This document shows, piece by piece, positions 39,901 through 53,765 of a DNA stretch of 64,000 nt (positions within the stretch are counted from its first letter, which is position 1; each line of letters begins with the position of its first letter). The position numbers and the translations under genes were made by a program. Source of the DNA: the human T2T-CHM13v2.0 reference genome, Homo sapiens; the NCBI RefSeq assembly GCF_009914755.1, contig NC_060939.1. One strand, given 5' to 3'. A model generated the notes under the pieces. That model was not told where the DNA came from and searched no databases. It worked only from the letters and a program-made list of their open reading frames with translations.

Positions 39901-40649
39901 GGAGCCCGCCTGCCAGGTCAATAAAGAAGGCCTGGGTGTCCTCCATGCCTCACCAAAGACCAGGGTCAGCGGATACCCTCGCAGTGGAAAAGGGCTGTCC
40001 TAAGACTTAGAAAACTACCTCCATCTCTGCCACAAAATCCTCCTCTGTGAAATGGATAAGCAACTTGCCCACCGGTCCTGCATTCTCACAAAGTGGCTGA
40101 GAGATTCCAGAAGGATAATGGAGGTGGAAGTAAGGTTTAAGCCTGAAAGCTGATATTACCATAGACATTACCATACTCCAGAGACCCAGGTAGATACTGA
40201 CTGGTCCAGCCACCACACCCCTCCACACAGCATCCAGGCTGAGATCAAGACTTCTAACCACACAGGTTCACAGGCGAGTGGCAGGAAAGAAGGCATATGG
40301 ATGGGGGCTGCTTGGGATCCCAGCAGTTACAACCCCAGGGAAGTCCAAGCTGGAAGGACTCAGGAGCAACCAGAGAAGGCTTCCTAGAGGAGGAAAAACC
40401 TGCCCTGGAAACAAGGAGGATGAGGAACCTGCAGGAGTCCTGACCCCAGATCCTTCCTTGGGCCTCTCACTCCAGGAGACACGGGGTTCTCTCCCTCTCA
40501 GAGGCACCATCTTGGACCACAGCTTTCCATCCCATCTTCCACAGGACTGGCTGGGTTGGCACTTAGGGGTGTGGGGAGGTTCCCTCAGGCAGCCAGTACA
40601 GGTCCAGAGTGTGGGAGGAGACTCACAATGGGAGAGGGTACAAAGCACA

Positions 40650-42815
40650 GCCACAACCTCAATGTAGAGTGAGGCACGCGGGGGCATGGCTCCAAGCAGG
40701 TATGGGGCACCAGGCCGGCAGACCTGGAGACGCCCCCGGCCTCTTGGGAGCTCCTGAGGGTCCAGGTCGGGTGGGGCGCGCCTTGCGGCAAGTTCCCTTC
40801 TTCCAGCCACCGTCCTGAGGAGCAGAAGGCGCGGGGACACACACATACACGCCCGGGCACGTCGCCGCACTCCCCCAACTGAACCTTGGTGTCTTCCTCC
40901 TGCCTGCAAAGACATCCCAGGCCCTGGGCCTGGGAGCTGTCCCCGCGCGGTCCTGCCTGACCCTAGCGGGGTCATAGTAGTCTGGCGCCCGGAGCGGCTC
41001 CAGCGCGGCGCCGCGGGCCTAGGTGGGTGCCCCAGAGAGCGGGCGGCTGCGCGACTGAGGAGCTGGAGGCGCACCCCTCCGCCCGCCAGGCGGCCCGGCC
41101 CGCGCCCCCGCCCCACTCCCCTCGCGTTCTCTTCTCTGGAAAGGAAGGCCGGAGTTGCACCCTCAAAGCGCCTCCGTCCCCACCCCTCCCGGCCCGCCGC
41201 GCCCCAGGGGCTCCACAAACTTGCTGCAAGTCGTCGGGGCTGCAGCTGCAGGTAAGGGTGAGGCGGGGCCGCGGCCTGGGCTGCCGAGCACGCCCCCTCC
41301 CAGCCCCAAGCGTGCACGCCCCCCACGGACGCGCACCCAGCACCCCACCCCCGCCGCTGCCCCCGAGGCTCCCGCCCAATCAGAGGCCGCGCGCGCCGCG
41401 CCGCCGGCGGGCAGACACACCGGCTCCCCGGCCTGCGCCCCTGCGGCCCTGGCCCCGCTGCAGCGTCCCGGCCCGGCCACACTCACCGTCCCGGGCGCGC
41501 CGTCCGCGCGCGGCTCCGCTCCGGGCCGGCATCCCCCGGCTCGGCTGCCTCCGGTCCCCGCTCCGGCCTCGGTTCCCGCTCCGCAGGGCTCGGCTCCGCG
41601 ATGGTGGCCGCGGCGGCGAGCGCGGCAGGGAGGGCGTGTGTATGCGCGTGAGAGCGCGCAGCGTGTGCATGTGCGTGTGCGCGGGAGGGTCCCGGCTCCC
41701 CTGCGCGTCCCGCTCCTGCCTCCTGCTCGCCACGATGCGATGCCGGCAGAATCTCTACCGCGCGCCCCCACTGCCCGGCGCCCACACTCGCGCACACCCA
41801 GGCGCGCACACCCGGCTCCGCACTCCCGACTCGCCCTCCTGGAGCGCTCACAAAGACCCCCTGCCGGGACGGCCGGAGCCTGCGGAGCGCGGCCCTGGGC
41901 CCCTCCGGGACCCGCCGGCCTCAGGTGCCCCGCTGCTCCCCGTAGGGACCCCGCGGGCGGCCCGGCTCCCGCACCCTGCCTGGCCGGGCCGCGGCCGCGC
42001 TCCCAGCCCGAACCCGGGCCCAGGTGCCGACTCGGGCTTCTCGCACTCCCGCGGGAAGCGCCGGCCCCCTCCGCGGCGCCGCCGCCCTTCTCCCCCCCTT
42101 CCAGTCCGGCCTCTCCGGCGCCTCCCTGCCTTGTCCCACCTGCCCAGCCCGGTCCTCGTTCTCCCCGCTGCTCTCCGTCTGTCTCGCCGCCGCCCTCTCC
42201 CGCGCCCCTTCCTCCCCACCGCCCTGCGCTGCCTCTCACATTCTCCGCATTACAGCGGGTGCCGCCCGCCGCTCGCGGGGCCCAGGGTTCGAGCGCGCAG
42301 TGGGCGGCGAGGGGACCCGCCACGCCCGGCCCCGCCGCCCCCTCCGCTCTCCGCGGCTCCGCGGCTGCTAGCTCCGGCCTGGCGCTAGGGTGGCGACGTC
42401 CCGCGCTAGCCTCGGCTGCCGCTGACAGCTCTCATCTCGCCCGGGCTTAAAGGGATAGCGCACCCGGCTCGACCGGCCCCACCCGGGGGCCCCGGGGAAG
42501 GGACCTCGCTGCGCGGGAACAGTCCGGGGCGGTGGCACAGCCGGGGCCGTGCGGGCGACGCCCTCTCCGCCGCCGTGGAGCCCGGCCCTCGGGGCTGGAG
42601 GTGAGTCAAGGAGAAGGACGGTCAGACCACGCCATCCAGGGGGCGCTCAGCGGCCAAGCCTCTGGGCCGACAATGGGTGTGCGGCGGTGTAGGCTGAGCG
42701 CCCTGGACTGCGTGGCGGGGGATGGGGGTCAGTGAAGCTGCCGTCTGAGTCTGAACTCCAGGTGAAGACACCTGTCATGCTGGGAGGACAGGGCTCACGG
42801 GCTGGCGTCCCGCTC
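40650..42815. promoter_or_regulatory. CpG island promoter
   Basis: Abrupt change to very high GC with undepleted CpG; GC boxes; CCGCCCAATCAG (GC box overlapping CCAAT) at 41372-41383; no recognisable repeats inside. Confidence 0.95.
41487..41730 (-). other. Probable first (largely 5'UTR) exon of a minus-strand gene; 5' boundary approximate; gene unconfirmed (CDH22 is a tentative guess)
   Basis: Consensus donor GACG|GTGAGT (plus strand actcac 41481-41486) near the island centre; no coding exon recognisable in the 41 kb downstream. The TSS cannot be read from sequence. The gene guess rests on recalled locus architecture only. Confidence 0.65.
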
Positions 42816-43319
42816 CTGCTGTGTGACCTTGGGCAAATGCCGACCCCTCTCTGCACCTCAGTTTACCCCCTTTGGGAAGGGCATGGCTTCCATCATTTCT
42901 GAGCCCATGCCCAGCTCTGATATGGTGTTAGGTCCCCATAGAAGGGGGAGTCCCAAGGTAGTCCCTCAGCCCCCAGAGTCCCACCTCCTTGCCTGTGAGA
43001 GCTGAGGCCACCGCTGAGACTGCAATCCTTGCCACCCCGGACACTCACCAGGACTGGTCTGCCTCCTCCTTCCAACTGCCTCATCAGGGAAACCAGGGAA
43101 CGAGGTAAAGTTGAGTCAGTACAGGGACCTACCGTTTGCAGAGCTCCCTCACATCCAAGATCTCCCTGGACCCTCATGACACCCCTGGGAAGTAAAGTGC
43201 ACCCCTACGCTCCCGGTCAGCCTGATCCTGGACAAGTCTAGCACGTGAGCATTTCGTCTTCAGGGCCCCCTCCCCACCCTTACTTCCACCCAGGCTGTCC
43301 CTTGCTCTCCAGAGGGATG

Positions 43320-43600
43320 CATTTTGCCCATTGTTCAGGAAGTTTCTGTCATATGCCCCATCCTGTGCTAGGTCCTGGAGACACAGATGATTTAGACACA
43401 TTCCTACCTTCAGAAAATAAAAATAAGGGAGGTATGATAGAGCTGTGGTGGGTGGAGGAGGTCCTGGAGGAGGTGACATTGAAGCCAGATAGTGAAGGAT
43501 GAGTAAGAATTGGCCAGGCAGAAAGGAACACGAAGGGTATCCCATGCCAAAAGAAGAGCATGTGCAAAGACCTGGAAGTGGGAAATGGAGTGATGGGTGT
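43320..43600 (-). mobile_element. LINE-2 fragment
   Basis: ctgtgctaggtcctggagacacag...ggaggaggtgacattgaagc...gaagagcatgtgcaaagacctgga. Confidence 0.65.
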
Positions 43601-45499
43601 TTTGGAGGGAAGAGAAGCTATAAATCCTTGATTTGAGGAGTTTCGACTTTGTTCTGGGGCAGCAGCAGAGCTGCCACTTGGCAAATCTAGGCAGCAGCCC
43701 CCACCCCCACCTTTCAGCCGTCACAGAGGTATGGCTAAGGGCTTCCCAAACCCAGCAGCTTTTGCCAGAGGCCACCCCCTCTTCTGTTTCTCCCCTCTAA
43801 GCCCAGACCCACTTCTGCACCCATATCTACAGCCAGACGCAGCACAGCCTCCCCCTGCTGTCCGGAGCTGGAAGTAGGAGAAGCCCAGGCTGCGCTGTGG
43901 CTGTGATGTGAGTCCGGGAAGGGCCAGGCTCCTGTACCCACCCATCATGAAGGTGCCCTGTGAAGACCCTAGACTTTGGCATCAGGCAGATCCAGTATCA
44001 GTTCCAGCCTCAGTGTCCTCCTTGGTACAATGGGAATAAAAATACATTGCCAGTAACATGACTGGCAAAGAATCCACGAGGGACGATGCTCAGGAATGGC
44101 TCAGCACACAGCGGGCATGCGGCAAATGGCCTTTTCTTCCCCGTGTCCGAGCTTGGCTTTGTGGCCCATCCCAAAGTCCCTGTTGTCTCCCCTCTCCCTC
44201 TTTCCCTGACCATTTTCCTTCTACCTCCCTACCAGACTTCCTGGGGGTCTCAAGGGAGATGAGCTCATGGCTGTTGCCTGCTCTGGCTCAGCACGCCTCC
44301 TGAGGAGTCTTCCCAGGGCTTCCAGGTGAGCCCTAGGGAAGCCACACAGAGACAAACAGCCTTTCCCCAGAGTCTCTGACATCCTTGCAGAGCAGCAATT
44401 TCAGCCTGCATCCCCATCCATTTCCCACCATCCAGTTCTCCCGCTTACTTCTGCTGTCTTGGAAGCCACACAGCCTTTGTGTCCGTGCTTGGGAATTTAT
44501 GCCCAGCTATGCGGTGCAAACTCAAATAGGTGGCACACTTTCTCTGAGCCTTAACTCCCTCCCTAAGTATGGGAGCAAGCTGATATGCACCACAGGGATG
44601 ACGAACCTGAGTCTATGTCATTTATTTTCCCCAGCAAGTCCAAGCCTAGGCCCTCTATCCAGGAGTTCTGCACAAAGGCAGTCATGTGCAGAGGCCTCTC
44701 TGGGGTCCCCTTGTGTCCTGCCCTTGTGCTGGTGGCCAGAGGCTGTTGCCACGTCTTCCTTCCAGCAGGCTTTACAGAGAGGCATGGCATGAATAATGAC
44801 CAGGCCCACTCTACGGCCAGAGCAGTAGTAGCTGGGGGCCTGGGGCAGGGACCAGGAACAAGACCAGTTGGGCAGCTAGCTCCAGGAGGTAGCTCCTCTA
44901 CCAGGGGCTGGTGGCTGGCTGCTTTCCACCACAGAGGCTGGGTCAGTGCCCCAATAAATGCCTGCCCAGGGCCGCTCTGCTGTTTCCAGCCATCTTCATG
45001 GGCCAGTCATGGAGAACTTTGGCAGTGTTCCAGATCTAATCATCACACCAGGTCCAGCCGAGAGACTGAGAGTGGCCCACATGGAATTCGAGGAGGCAGT
45101 GGGCATTTCCCACCCACTTCCTCTGAAACCCCTGGTTTCCTAAGCCAGGCTGAAAAGCAGGTCACCAAGTGTTCAGAGAAATGCCCCACCCAGCTGGGCT
45201 GTCTCCTTGCTATCTCTAAACACATCCAATCTCCCCACCTCCACGTCTTTCCCCACCTGTCCCCATCACTTTTGGTTTCCACACGTCTCAAGTCCTTCCA
45301 TCCCTAAGCAGCTGGCGTCAACCACCCCCTCCCCACCCCGATCTCCCTCTTTACTCTTGGCAGAGTGTGGCCAGGAGATTTTCATTCATTGGCTCACCCT
45401 CACACTAATCTTGGTGTTATCATTCCCATTTCAGAGAAGAAAAAAGCAAGGCTCAGGGAGAAGTTCCAGGATTTGAACTGAGAGCCAACATTCTTTATT

Positions 45500-45975
45500 C
45501 TTTCCATGAATATGCATTGTGGGCCTACTTCATGCCACACATTGCGCCAGGCATGGGGAATACGTGGTGGAGACCTCAGAGTCCAGATGAGACAGGGAGA
45601 AACCAAACCACCATGCAAACAAATGTAAAATGACAACTGGGACAAATGCTGTGACAAGGTCTGTGGGGACCTGGTCTAGTCTGGACTAGGGAGTCAGGAG
45701 AGGCTTCTTGCAGGATGTGACATTCAACGTAGCACCAGAAGGTGGAGTAGACAATGACCCAGAGAAGTGGGGACTCCAGAGAGAGGGAACAACGCTTTCA
45801 AAGTCCCCATGGTGAGAGGAAAGAGAAAAAGGCCATGTGGCCAGAGCATGAGGAGAGAGGACTAGAGATGGGGGTGCAGGTGGCATGGGTCAGGACAATA
45901 GGTTCTAGTGGGACCAGCAAGGAGTTGGGGTTTTAGCCTAGAGGCTCTGGGCTGGCCCTGGAGGTTCAAAGCAGA
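45500..45975 (-). mobile_element. LINE-2 fragment
   Basis: gggagtcaggagaggcttcttgcaggatgtgacatt...ggagttggggttttagcct. Confidence 0.6.
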
Positions 45976-48900
45976 GGACAGTGCTGCCACTGTTCCTCCA
46001 ACTGTCACCTCCCAGCCCACCACTCTGCACCCAGGGACCACTTCCACCCTCTTCTCTGATGCCCAGGCCCTGGCACAAGGTGAGACATCCTGGGGAGTCA
46101 GACTGGGCAGCTGAGTGGGCGGCCTCGTGAGGGAGCAGGAGGCCTTGGCCCCGCCTCTTGTCAGATGCTAGCTGGATGCCTCCAGGCAGCACTTGCCCCT
46201 CTGTGTCCCCCAGAACTATGAAGAATGGACTGATTGTCTTCTGCCGTCTCTGGTTGATCCTGTAACAAGGGAATGGAGAAGATACAGCATGACTCCAACC
46301 AGGCCAGATTCCAGGGCCTTGGCCCTGCAGTGAGCAGAGGGGCTGCCTGAGGCCTGCTGCTGGCCTATGCCTTCCCATCCCTCCTCCACCCTTGAGCCTG
46401 CCTCACCTGGCTCTTCCCAAGGAGTGCACTCCAGGAAGCTTTCTTCCTCTCTCCACCCCAGACCTCACCTGCACCCTCACCCATGTCTCCACTATCAGCC
46501 TGGCAACTGCATCAGATGACTGGGAGTCCCTGTTGGCCTGTCAGTGCTCAGCTGGACTGTTGAGCCTCTGGTTTTCCAGCTGTAGAAGGGTGTCATTCTG
46601 TACTCTTCCTGTCTCCCTGGACAGGAGAGGACGGTGTAAACTGGAATTCTTGTCATAACCATCAGCTACTCTGCCAGAGTGCTCCTTGCTGTCAAGCATC
46701 CTCCTGAGACCCTGAAGTCAGCACCACCGTGGGCCACAGACATACCAGCTGACCCCATAAAACCTTCCCTGGAAAGTTGTAGCCAGCTGCATCCCCCGAG
46801 TAGGACTGTGTCGCCGTCGTGGGCACCAGTGAGCAGAGACAAGATTATAGTGCCCATTAACAGCTGGAAAACTGAGGCTCCAGACAGAAGGGGCTGGCCC
46901 AGGCCACCACAGCAAGCCCTCCTACCTCACCCCATCCTAGACTGCCTGGGTGGGTCCAGGGAAGCAGGACTATGTGGGGTGCCATCTCCCATCCCCCAGT
47001 GTTCCCTCGCAGGTTCAGAAAGCAGCTGCTCCCTCCCAGGTGACACTGCACCTTGCCATCTGTGTGAGGGGCCTCTTCTCTTGTGTGAGTTGCAGTTTCT
47101 GCTTGGGAGGCTGCCTTACCTTGTTAAGGGCCCTGCCTAAAGAGGCAGGGGTGGCCCTGTAGGAGCTGTCCCCAGGTCAGCACAGGGCCTTGAGCTCATG
47201 GAGCAGGGGCCAGGCCCGCTTGTTGAGAGGGCCGAGGTCAATCCACAGTCTGCCACATCAGCTTTTTCTATACTTAATCACACCTACCTGAAACGTGGGG
47301 AGTGCTTTGCTGTCCACAAGTCTAATTGTACGTGTCTTCTCAGGGAAGGCGCCCTACAGCCCAGGGAAGCAGGAACAGGGATTATCGGCATTGTACAGAT
47401 AAAGAAACCAAGGTGCAGGGTTATGGCCATCTGGACGCTGGATCCCTGCAGTCCAGCGCAGTCACACAACAGGGCCTCAGGAAAGGGTGGTGCTGGAGGC
47501 AGCAGGGCAGCAGGAGCTGTGGGTGTCGGGGTTCTGGGCAGAGAGTGACCCTTGCCTGTTACTGAGAGATAGAGATAGGACTGGGCTTGCACTTTGGAAG
47601 GCCGAGGAGTGGGATGGGGATGGGTGGTGGGAATTTGGGGACCTGGGAGTATGCATAGTTTGGAGAACTGACTGGCCATGCAGTTCCCACTCACCACGGT
47701 GGGCCCTGTGCTGGGCCCATGGGGTCTATCCTTAGGGAACACACAGGCTGTGGGCAGACAGGCACATGGATAGCCATGCACACAGAGGAAGGCCAAGGTT
47801 CCAAGTTCTGGAGTGGGCACTGTGTTGGGGTGGGGGCTGGAGGCCAGCAGTGTCACAGAACTGAGAGTTAGGAGTCCATGGAGCCTGGACCTGAGGAAGG
47901 GATGGCCTGGCGACGCATCTATGCAGGCATCAGCGGAATCTGGCTCTCCCAGAGAGGCGAGAGGCGATGGTTCGCTGGGCTGGGGAAAAGGGCCTGGGGC
48001 ATGGGGAGTACCCTGGGGGAGGAAGCATGACTAGGTCCATGTCCCTTCTGAGTCCTCAACTCCCACCAGCCCAGGCCTGGCCCGATGCAGGGGTTCAAGG
48101 AGTATGTGCTAGCCACATGGATGTGTTTGAATGCAAGAATGCAAGAAAGAAGAGCAGGGAGAGGGAGAGAGGGAGGGAGGAGGGACCAGCATGAGCACAG
48201 ACAGAAACCTATGAAAGTACCTCCACTGTTGGGGAAGGAACAGGATGGTGAGTGGGGTGGGGCTGGAGGGGACCCCCCAGGCCTTTTCAGCAGATTAACT
48301 GTTTCCTGGGAGCTGACCCCTGCCAGGCTTCACAACCTTGTTCCAGGGAACCCTCACCCGGACACCTGCTGTGAGCAGTCGTTGGATGCAGCTGCCCCTG
48401 GAAGGGCAGGAGTGCTGCAGCCTGAAGGGGCTCCTGGGCAGTGCCCTCCTCCCCTGCTGCTGGGTTGCCAGAGCTGATAGGCCCCAGTTGAGGACCCTCC
48501 CCCTGGCGAGGAGGCTGAAGAGAGAGCCTACTTGCCCAAGGCCTTACTCTTCTAGGGACAGCTGCATCCAATGACTGCTCCAAGCATGGGATAAAGGCTG
48601 CCCCTCTTGTCCCATCTCAGAAAACCCCTGCAGAGACAGCTCAGATCCAGAGCTCCTCACAGAGACTGCCTCGTAAAGGCGTCATGGCCCAACTCCCCCG
48701 GCCCCATCCTGCCTGCCTCCACGCGGATCTCCCTCACAGTCTGCTTCCTGGGGAACCAGCCTGTCCACACTGGCGTCCCCGTTTACCCATGAGGGAACTG
48801 AGGCACCGAAGTGTTAAGGGACATGCCCGTTGTGCCCAAGGTTGCCCAGCTGATAAGTGGCAGGTCAGGTCCCAGCTGGGGAAGGAGGAGACCAGGGCCC

Positions 48901-51383
48901 CAGGCTGGCTGGAGGTGGGTGGGAGAGGTCAGTCCCCAGGTAAGGCTGGCCCGGCCCACAGGCCAGCACTGGAACCCACAGGGACCTCTTCCATCTGCCC
49001 CCTCTCCCCATTCCACAGACAGAGAAACAAGTCAGAGAGAACAAGACTTGCCCAGGCTCATGACATCAGTTAATGATGGCCCCAGGAATATTCTCTAGAA
49101 TATTCTCTCTGCCTCCCAGCCCAGCATAGTTGTTACCTTTGGACAAGAGTGATGTTCACTTTCTGCCTGCCCCCCTTTCCAAACTCTGCACTGGGTCTCA
49201 GGGTCATGAGTCTGGCTGGATTGACCCTTACCAAATTTCCCATGGCTGGAATGAGGTGCCTGAGGTTCCCCCAAGCCCTTCACAGAGACCCCTGCAGCTC
49301 CCTGAGCTGTCCAGCTCTGGCATGAGGATGGGATGTATTGGGCTGGGTGGGCAGGCAGGCATCTGACTGGCACAGCAGAGCAAACAGACGGGAAGGAAAT
49401 CAATTTGAGTGTTTGATTAATTTTAATTTTTAATTTTCAGGGAGAGTAATGCACCCCATTTGACACCGCACACTCGCTGTGAGCTGCTGGCATTCACCAT
49501 TGCTGCTACCACTGCAGCCTGGTGTGCCCAGTGGCTCCCTGCCCTTCTGTCAGGCGAGCCTGTCCCCTGCATGGCAGACTGGCCTTCTGCAAAGCTGGGA
49601 GAGAGGGTCCCCTTGCAGGGTCGTCCACCCCTTCCGCCTAGGAGAAAAGGGTCTACTAAGTTCCCTCTGTGTGAGATGAGTAGGGCCAAAAATCTGTTCC
49701 CTTGGGGAAGAGCCCAGTTGGACAATGTCTATTCTAAAGTCAGGGTGTGTGAATGGACTCTCAGACTTGGTGGCAGACCAGTTTAAGGGGCAAGGGAGAC
49801 TCTAAGCACACCTCGTCCCGCAGGTACTGAGTAGTTGCCCAGCCTACCTACATTCATGGATGGCCCTATACTTAGAGTCAGGTCTGTCTTAAAACTGGAA
49901 CAGTCCTAGCTCTGTGTCCTGCCACTTTGAGAGTCAAAGCTCTGCTGTCTCTTTGTTTATTTGGAACTTGACCATGCATGGGCTGGGGAAAGATGGCCTG
50001 ACCTGGGAGAGACTAAGTCTCCCCCTCAACTCTGTGGCTTCTCTCCCACTGCCAGGGCCCAATCCCTGAGAGCAGTGTCCTATGAGGTTGACAGCAGAGG
50101 CCCTGGAATGAGGCAGGCCTGGCCAGAACTGTGGCCCTGCCACTTGTTAGCTGTGTGACCTTGGGGAAGTCACATGTTCTTGTTGAGTATAGCCTTCAGG
50201 GACCCTTCCAACTCTTCTCCTTCAGGACTCACCTTCTCTTGGTATCTTCAAAACGCGAGGGTCGATGGCCTCCTCCAGGAAGCCCTCCATGATGAAGCCT
50301 TTTTTCTCCACCTCTACTATTCCCAGCACTGAACATGAACTCTCTCTGGCCCCTCCTTGGCCCTCAGTAGTTTGACTTTGCACACCTCACCCTCTGCATG
50401 GGGTGTGTGCCAGAGACAGCATGGCCTTTAAAGCAGACATCCCTGGTTCAAATCCCAGCTCCGCTCTATGCTGGCTGCCTAGGCCCATCCCTTGAGCACC
50501 TCAAATGCAATGGATTCAAAACTGAACTTACCACCCCTCCCCAAGTCTACCCTTGCCCCTTTTTCATCTCAGTAAACGGCACCTGAGTTTACCAGTTTCT
50601 CAAGCCAGAGAGTTAGGAGCCATCTGAGACTCTCCCTCTCTCCTGCCTCATTTCCTGCATCCTATTCTGTCCCTGTCCTTGGCTACATACCCCCTGATGG
50701 GGCAGGCAGAGGGGAGGATGGGGATTCCCTACTGCCTTGCATGGCAGGGCTGGGAGAACACTCAGAGAACACCCAGTTCTCCCCTCCCGTTTTATAGATG
50801 AGGACACTGAGGCTCAAAGAGGGTCAATACCTGCCCTGGGTCTGATGGTGAATTGTTCATAGCAGAGCTGGACTGAGAAGCCAGGTCTCCTGTGCAACCT
50901 AGGTGGGCATCTTGGTCAAGGCCAGGCCCTGTGACAGTGGCAGAAAGAGACCAGATTTCCTGAAGCCCTGGCCTACTTCCCCCTACACCCCAGGCCCAGA
51001 GAGTTTGCAGGGGAGGAGCGAGGGAGTGGGGTTGTGCTCAAGTTCCTGGGCAGAGTGAATGATCTACCAGTGAGAGTTCATGAAACCAGACATCACAGTA
51101 TCCAGAACCACATCATCATGGGTGATTCTGCAGCCCAGCTCCTGGGAGTCCTGCTTGAATCTGGCCGCAGGAGCAAGCGAGGAGAAGCCTCAGTCATGGA
51201 GCCAGTGGCCATCCTCTGTGTCCCCCCACCCAACTCTCACAGTACCTGAAATTCCACTGCTGCGTCTGGCCCAAGTGCAAATTAATACATTCTCTGACCA
51301 ATGGAAGAGCTGGTACAAGGGTGGGAGAGAGGGCACGAAGAGGAGTCAGCCAGGCTGAGGGTCCCATGGGGCATCCAGGATGA

Positions 51384-51726
<343 letters not shown>

Positions 51727-52489
51727 TGAGCACCTTCTGTATGCTGGGCACGATGCCAAGTCCTTTGTAAGCTTTAGCTCAATTCTTCTTCCCTGTAGCT
51801 CCAAGGTTTCCCACCATGAGGCCCAAGCATCACCCAAACTTTCTGGGTCTCACTGTCCGCCCCTGTAAGATAAAAGTATAATCATATCTGACTGACTCAC
51901 CTGGTATCCACAAAATTTTTTTAAGAAAATTTAAGAAATGAAATTAATAATAATAACCACTTCTAGAGGCTGCTGGATGATTAAACAAGCACATGTGTGT
52001 AAAGTGCTTCCTACAATGCTGGACACAAAGTAGATGCTAATTAAATGCTGATTATAAATGAACTAGCTCATGTGGTAAGGCCCACAACTTGCTCAGTTCA
52101 TGCTTGTCAAATCTGAGCTGTTAGTAAGGTAAATGCTTTGCCACTTTCTCCTGGAATGGGGCAGAGCTGGGCGTAAAGAGGGGTGTCTGGCCAGGGCTAG
52201 GGCACAAAGGAGTTGTCCAGAAATCCAGAGCACTGACACTAAGACAAGGCAGAGAGGAGTGAGGTCACAGGAAATGAGCCACAATAGACCAGCCCCCGAT
52301 CTTGTCTTCTAAAAGCCTCTCTCCCTGAGGTTTGAGTCTGGGCGGGCCAGATCCAAAGCCTCCAAGTTCTCTGGTGCTTCCAAGCCTGGAAGTCAAGAAG
52401 AAGGAAGGAGAGCCTCACCCACTGGGAGGGAGAGGGGAGTGGCAGAGACCCAAAGTGAGACAGAGACGTCAGGATAACAACCACGTGAC

Positions 52490-53170
52490 AGCCACCACTA
52501 CGAAGCACTTACAGCATGCACATGTGCTCAGCCTGCACTACGTTTTCTCATTGTAATCCTCTAAACAACCACATCAAGGATACTGTTAGACCCATACACA
52601 GATGAGACTCCAGGAGGCTAATTATGACTCGCCAAGGTCATGGCCTGTAAACCTCAGAGCCAAGATTTAAGCCTGGATCTTTCTGGCTCTAAAGACCATT
52701 CTTGGAACCACTATGAAAAAGAAGAAAGAACGGGGAAGTTGGTGCCAAGGTCCAGCATCTCAAGGTCCCAGACTCCCCGGCCCAGGGCAGTGGGGCCTCC
52801 AATCTCCCAAACTAATACTTCCTTAGACAGCCTTGCAGACACTCCAGTGGCTTACGAGCCCAAGGAATATCTGCCTATTCCGAGCCTTTGACCCTGGAGG
52901 TAAGACCAGGGGTACCATGGGAAAAACCTGGCCATGCATCAGAGCTGAGGCAGAATGCTTGGGGTTAAAAATAACATTTTTACAGCAATAAGTCCATGCC
53001 AACCACTGCTCTAAGTTTTATATATATATATATGTTTAATTCTCACAATAACATGTAGAAGTGAGTATCATCCCCATTTTATAAATGAGGAAACTGAGGC
53101 ATACAGTGCTTAATGCACCCAAAGTCTCACAGCCTGAGTGGCAGAGTCCAGGTTTAATTTCAGGCAGTGA
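52490..53170 (-). mobile_element. MIR elements (two: ~52490-52710 and ~52970-53170)
   Basis: ctcattgtaatcctctaaacaacc...gccaaggtca; atccccattttataaatgaggaaactgaggcatacag. Confidence 0.7.
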
Positions 53171-53430
53171 GGTTGCAGAGGCTGTGACTATAATCATTCA
53201 ACATCCTGCCTATAAAAACAACCAAGGGCTGCTCTCAAGCCCAGAGCTATGCAGGATGGTGTTGGGGATAAGATTTGACTTACAGCTACTACTTGCTCAC
53301 AATTTTTAGAATGCAGAAAATAAGACACCTGTGTCTTTGCAGACTTGGCACAGAGCAGCAAGCTGGGCTGCTCCTGCTCTTGCCTTTGCTTAGGGAGATA
53401 TAGCCCCAGGCAGCGAGGCTGACCCACTGA

Positions 53431-53765
<335 letters not shown>

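Noticed and set aside
40268-42450. Long overlapping ORFs (386-453 aa) on both strands of the CpG island
   Set aside because: Stop codons are rare in very GC-rich DNA; the products are low-complexity Pro/Arg/Ala/Gly with no recognisable domain, and several frames are open at once.
42694-42714. REST/RE1-like sequence ctgagcgccctggactgcg (also a partial match near 19321-19340)
   Set aside because: At least three mismatches at core positions of TCAGCACCnnGGACAG; too weak without ChIP data.
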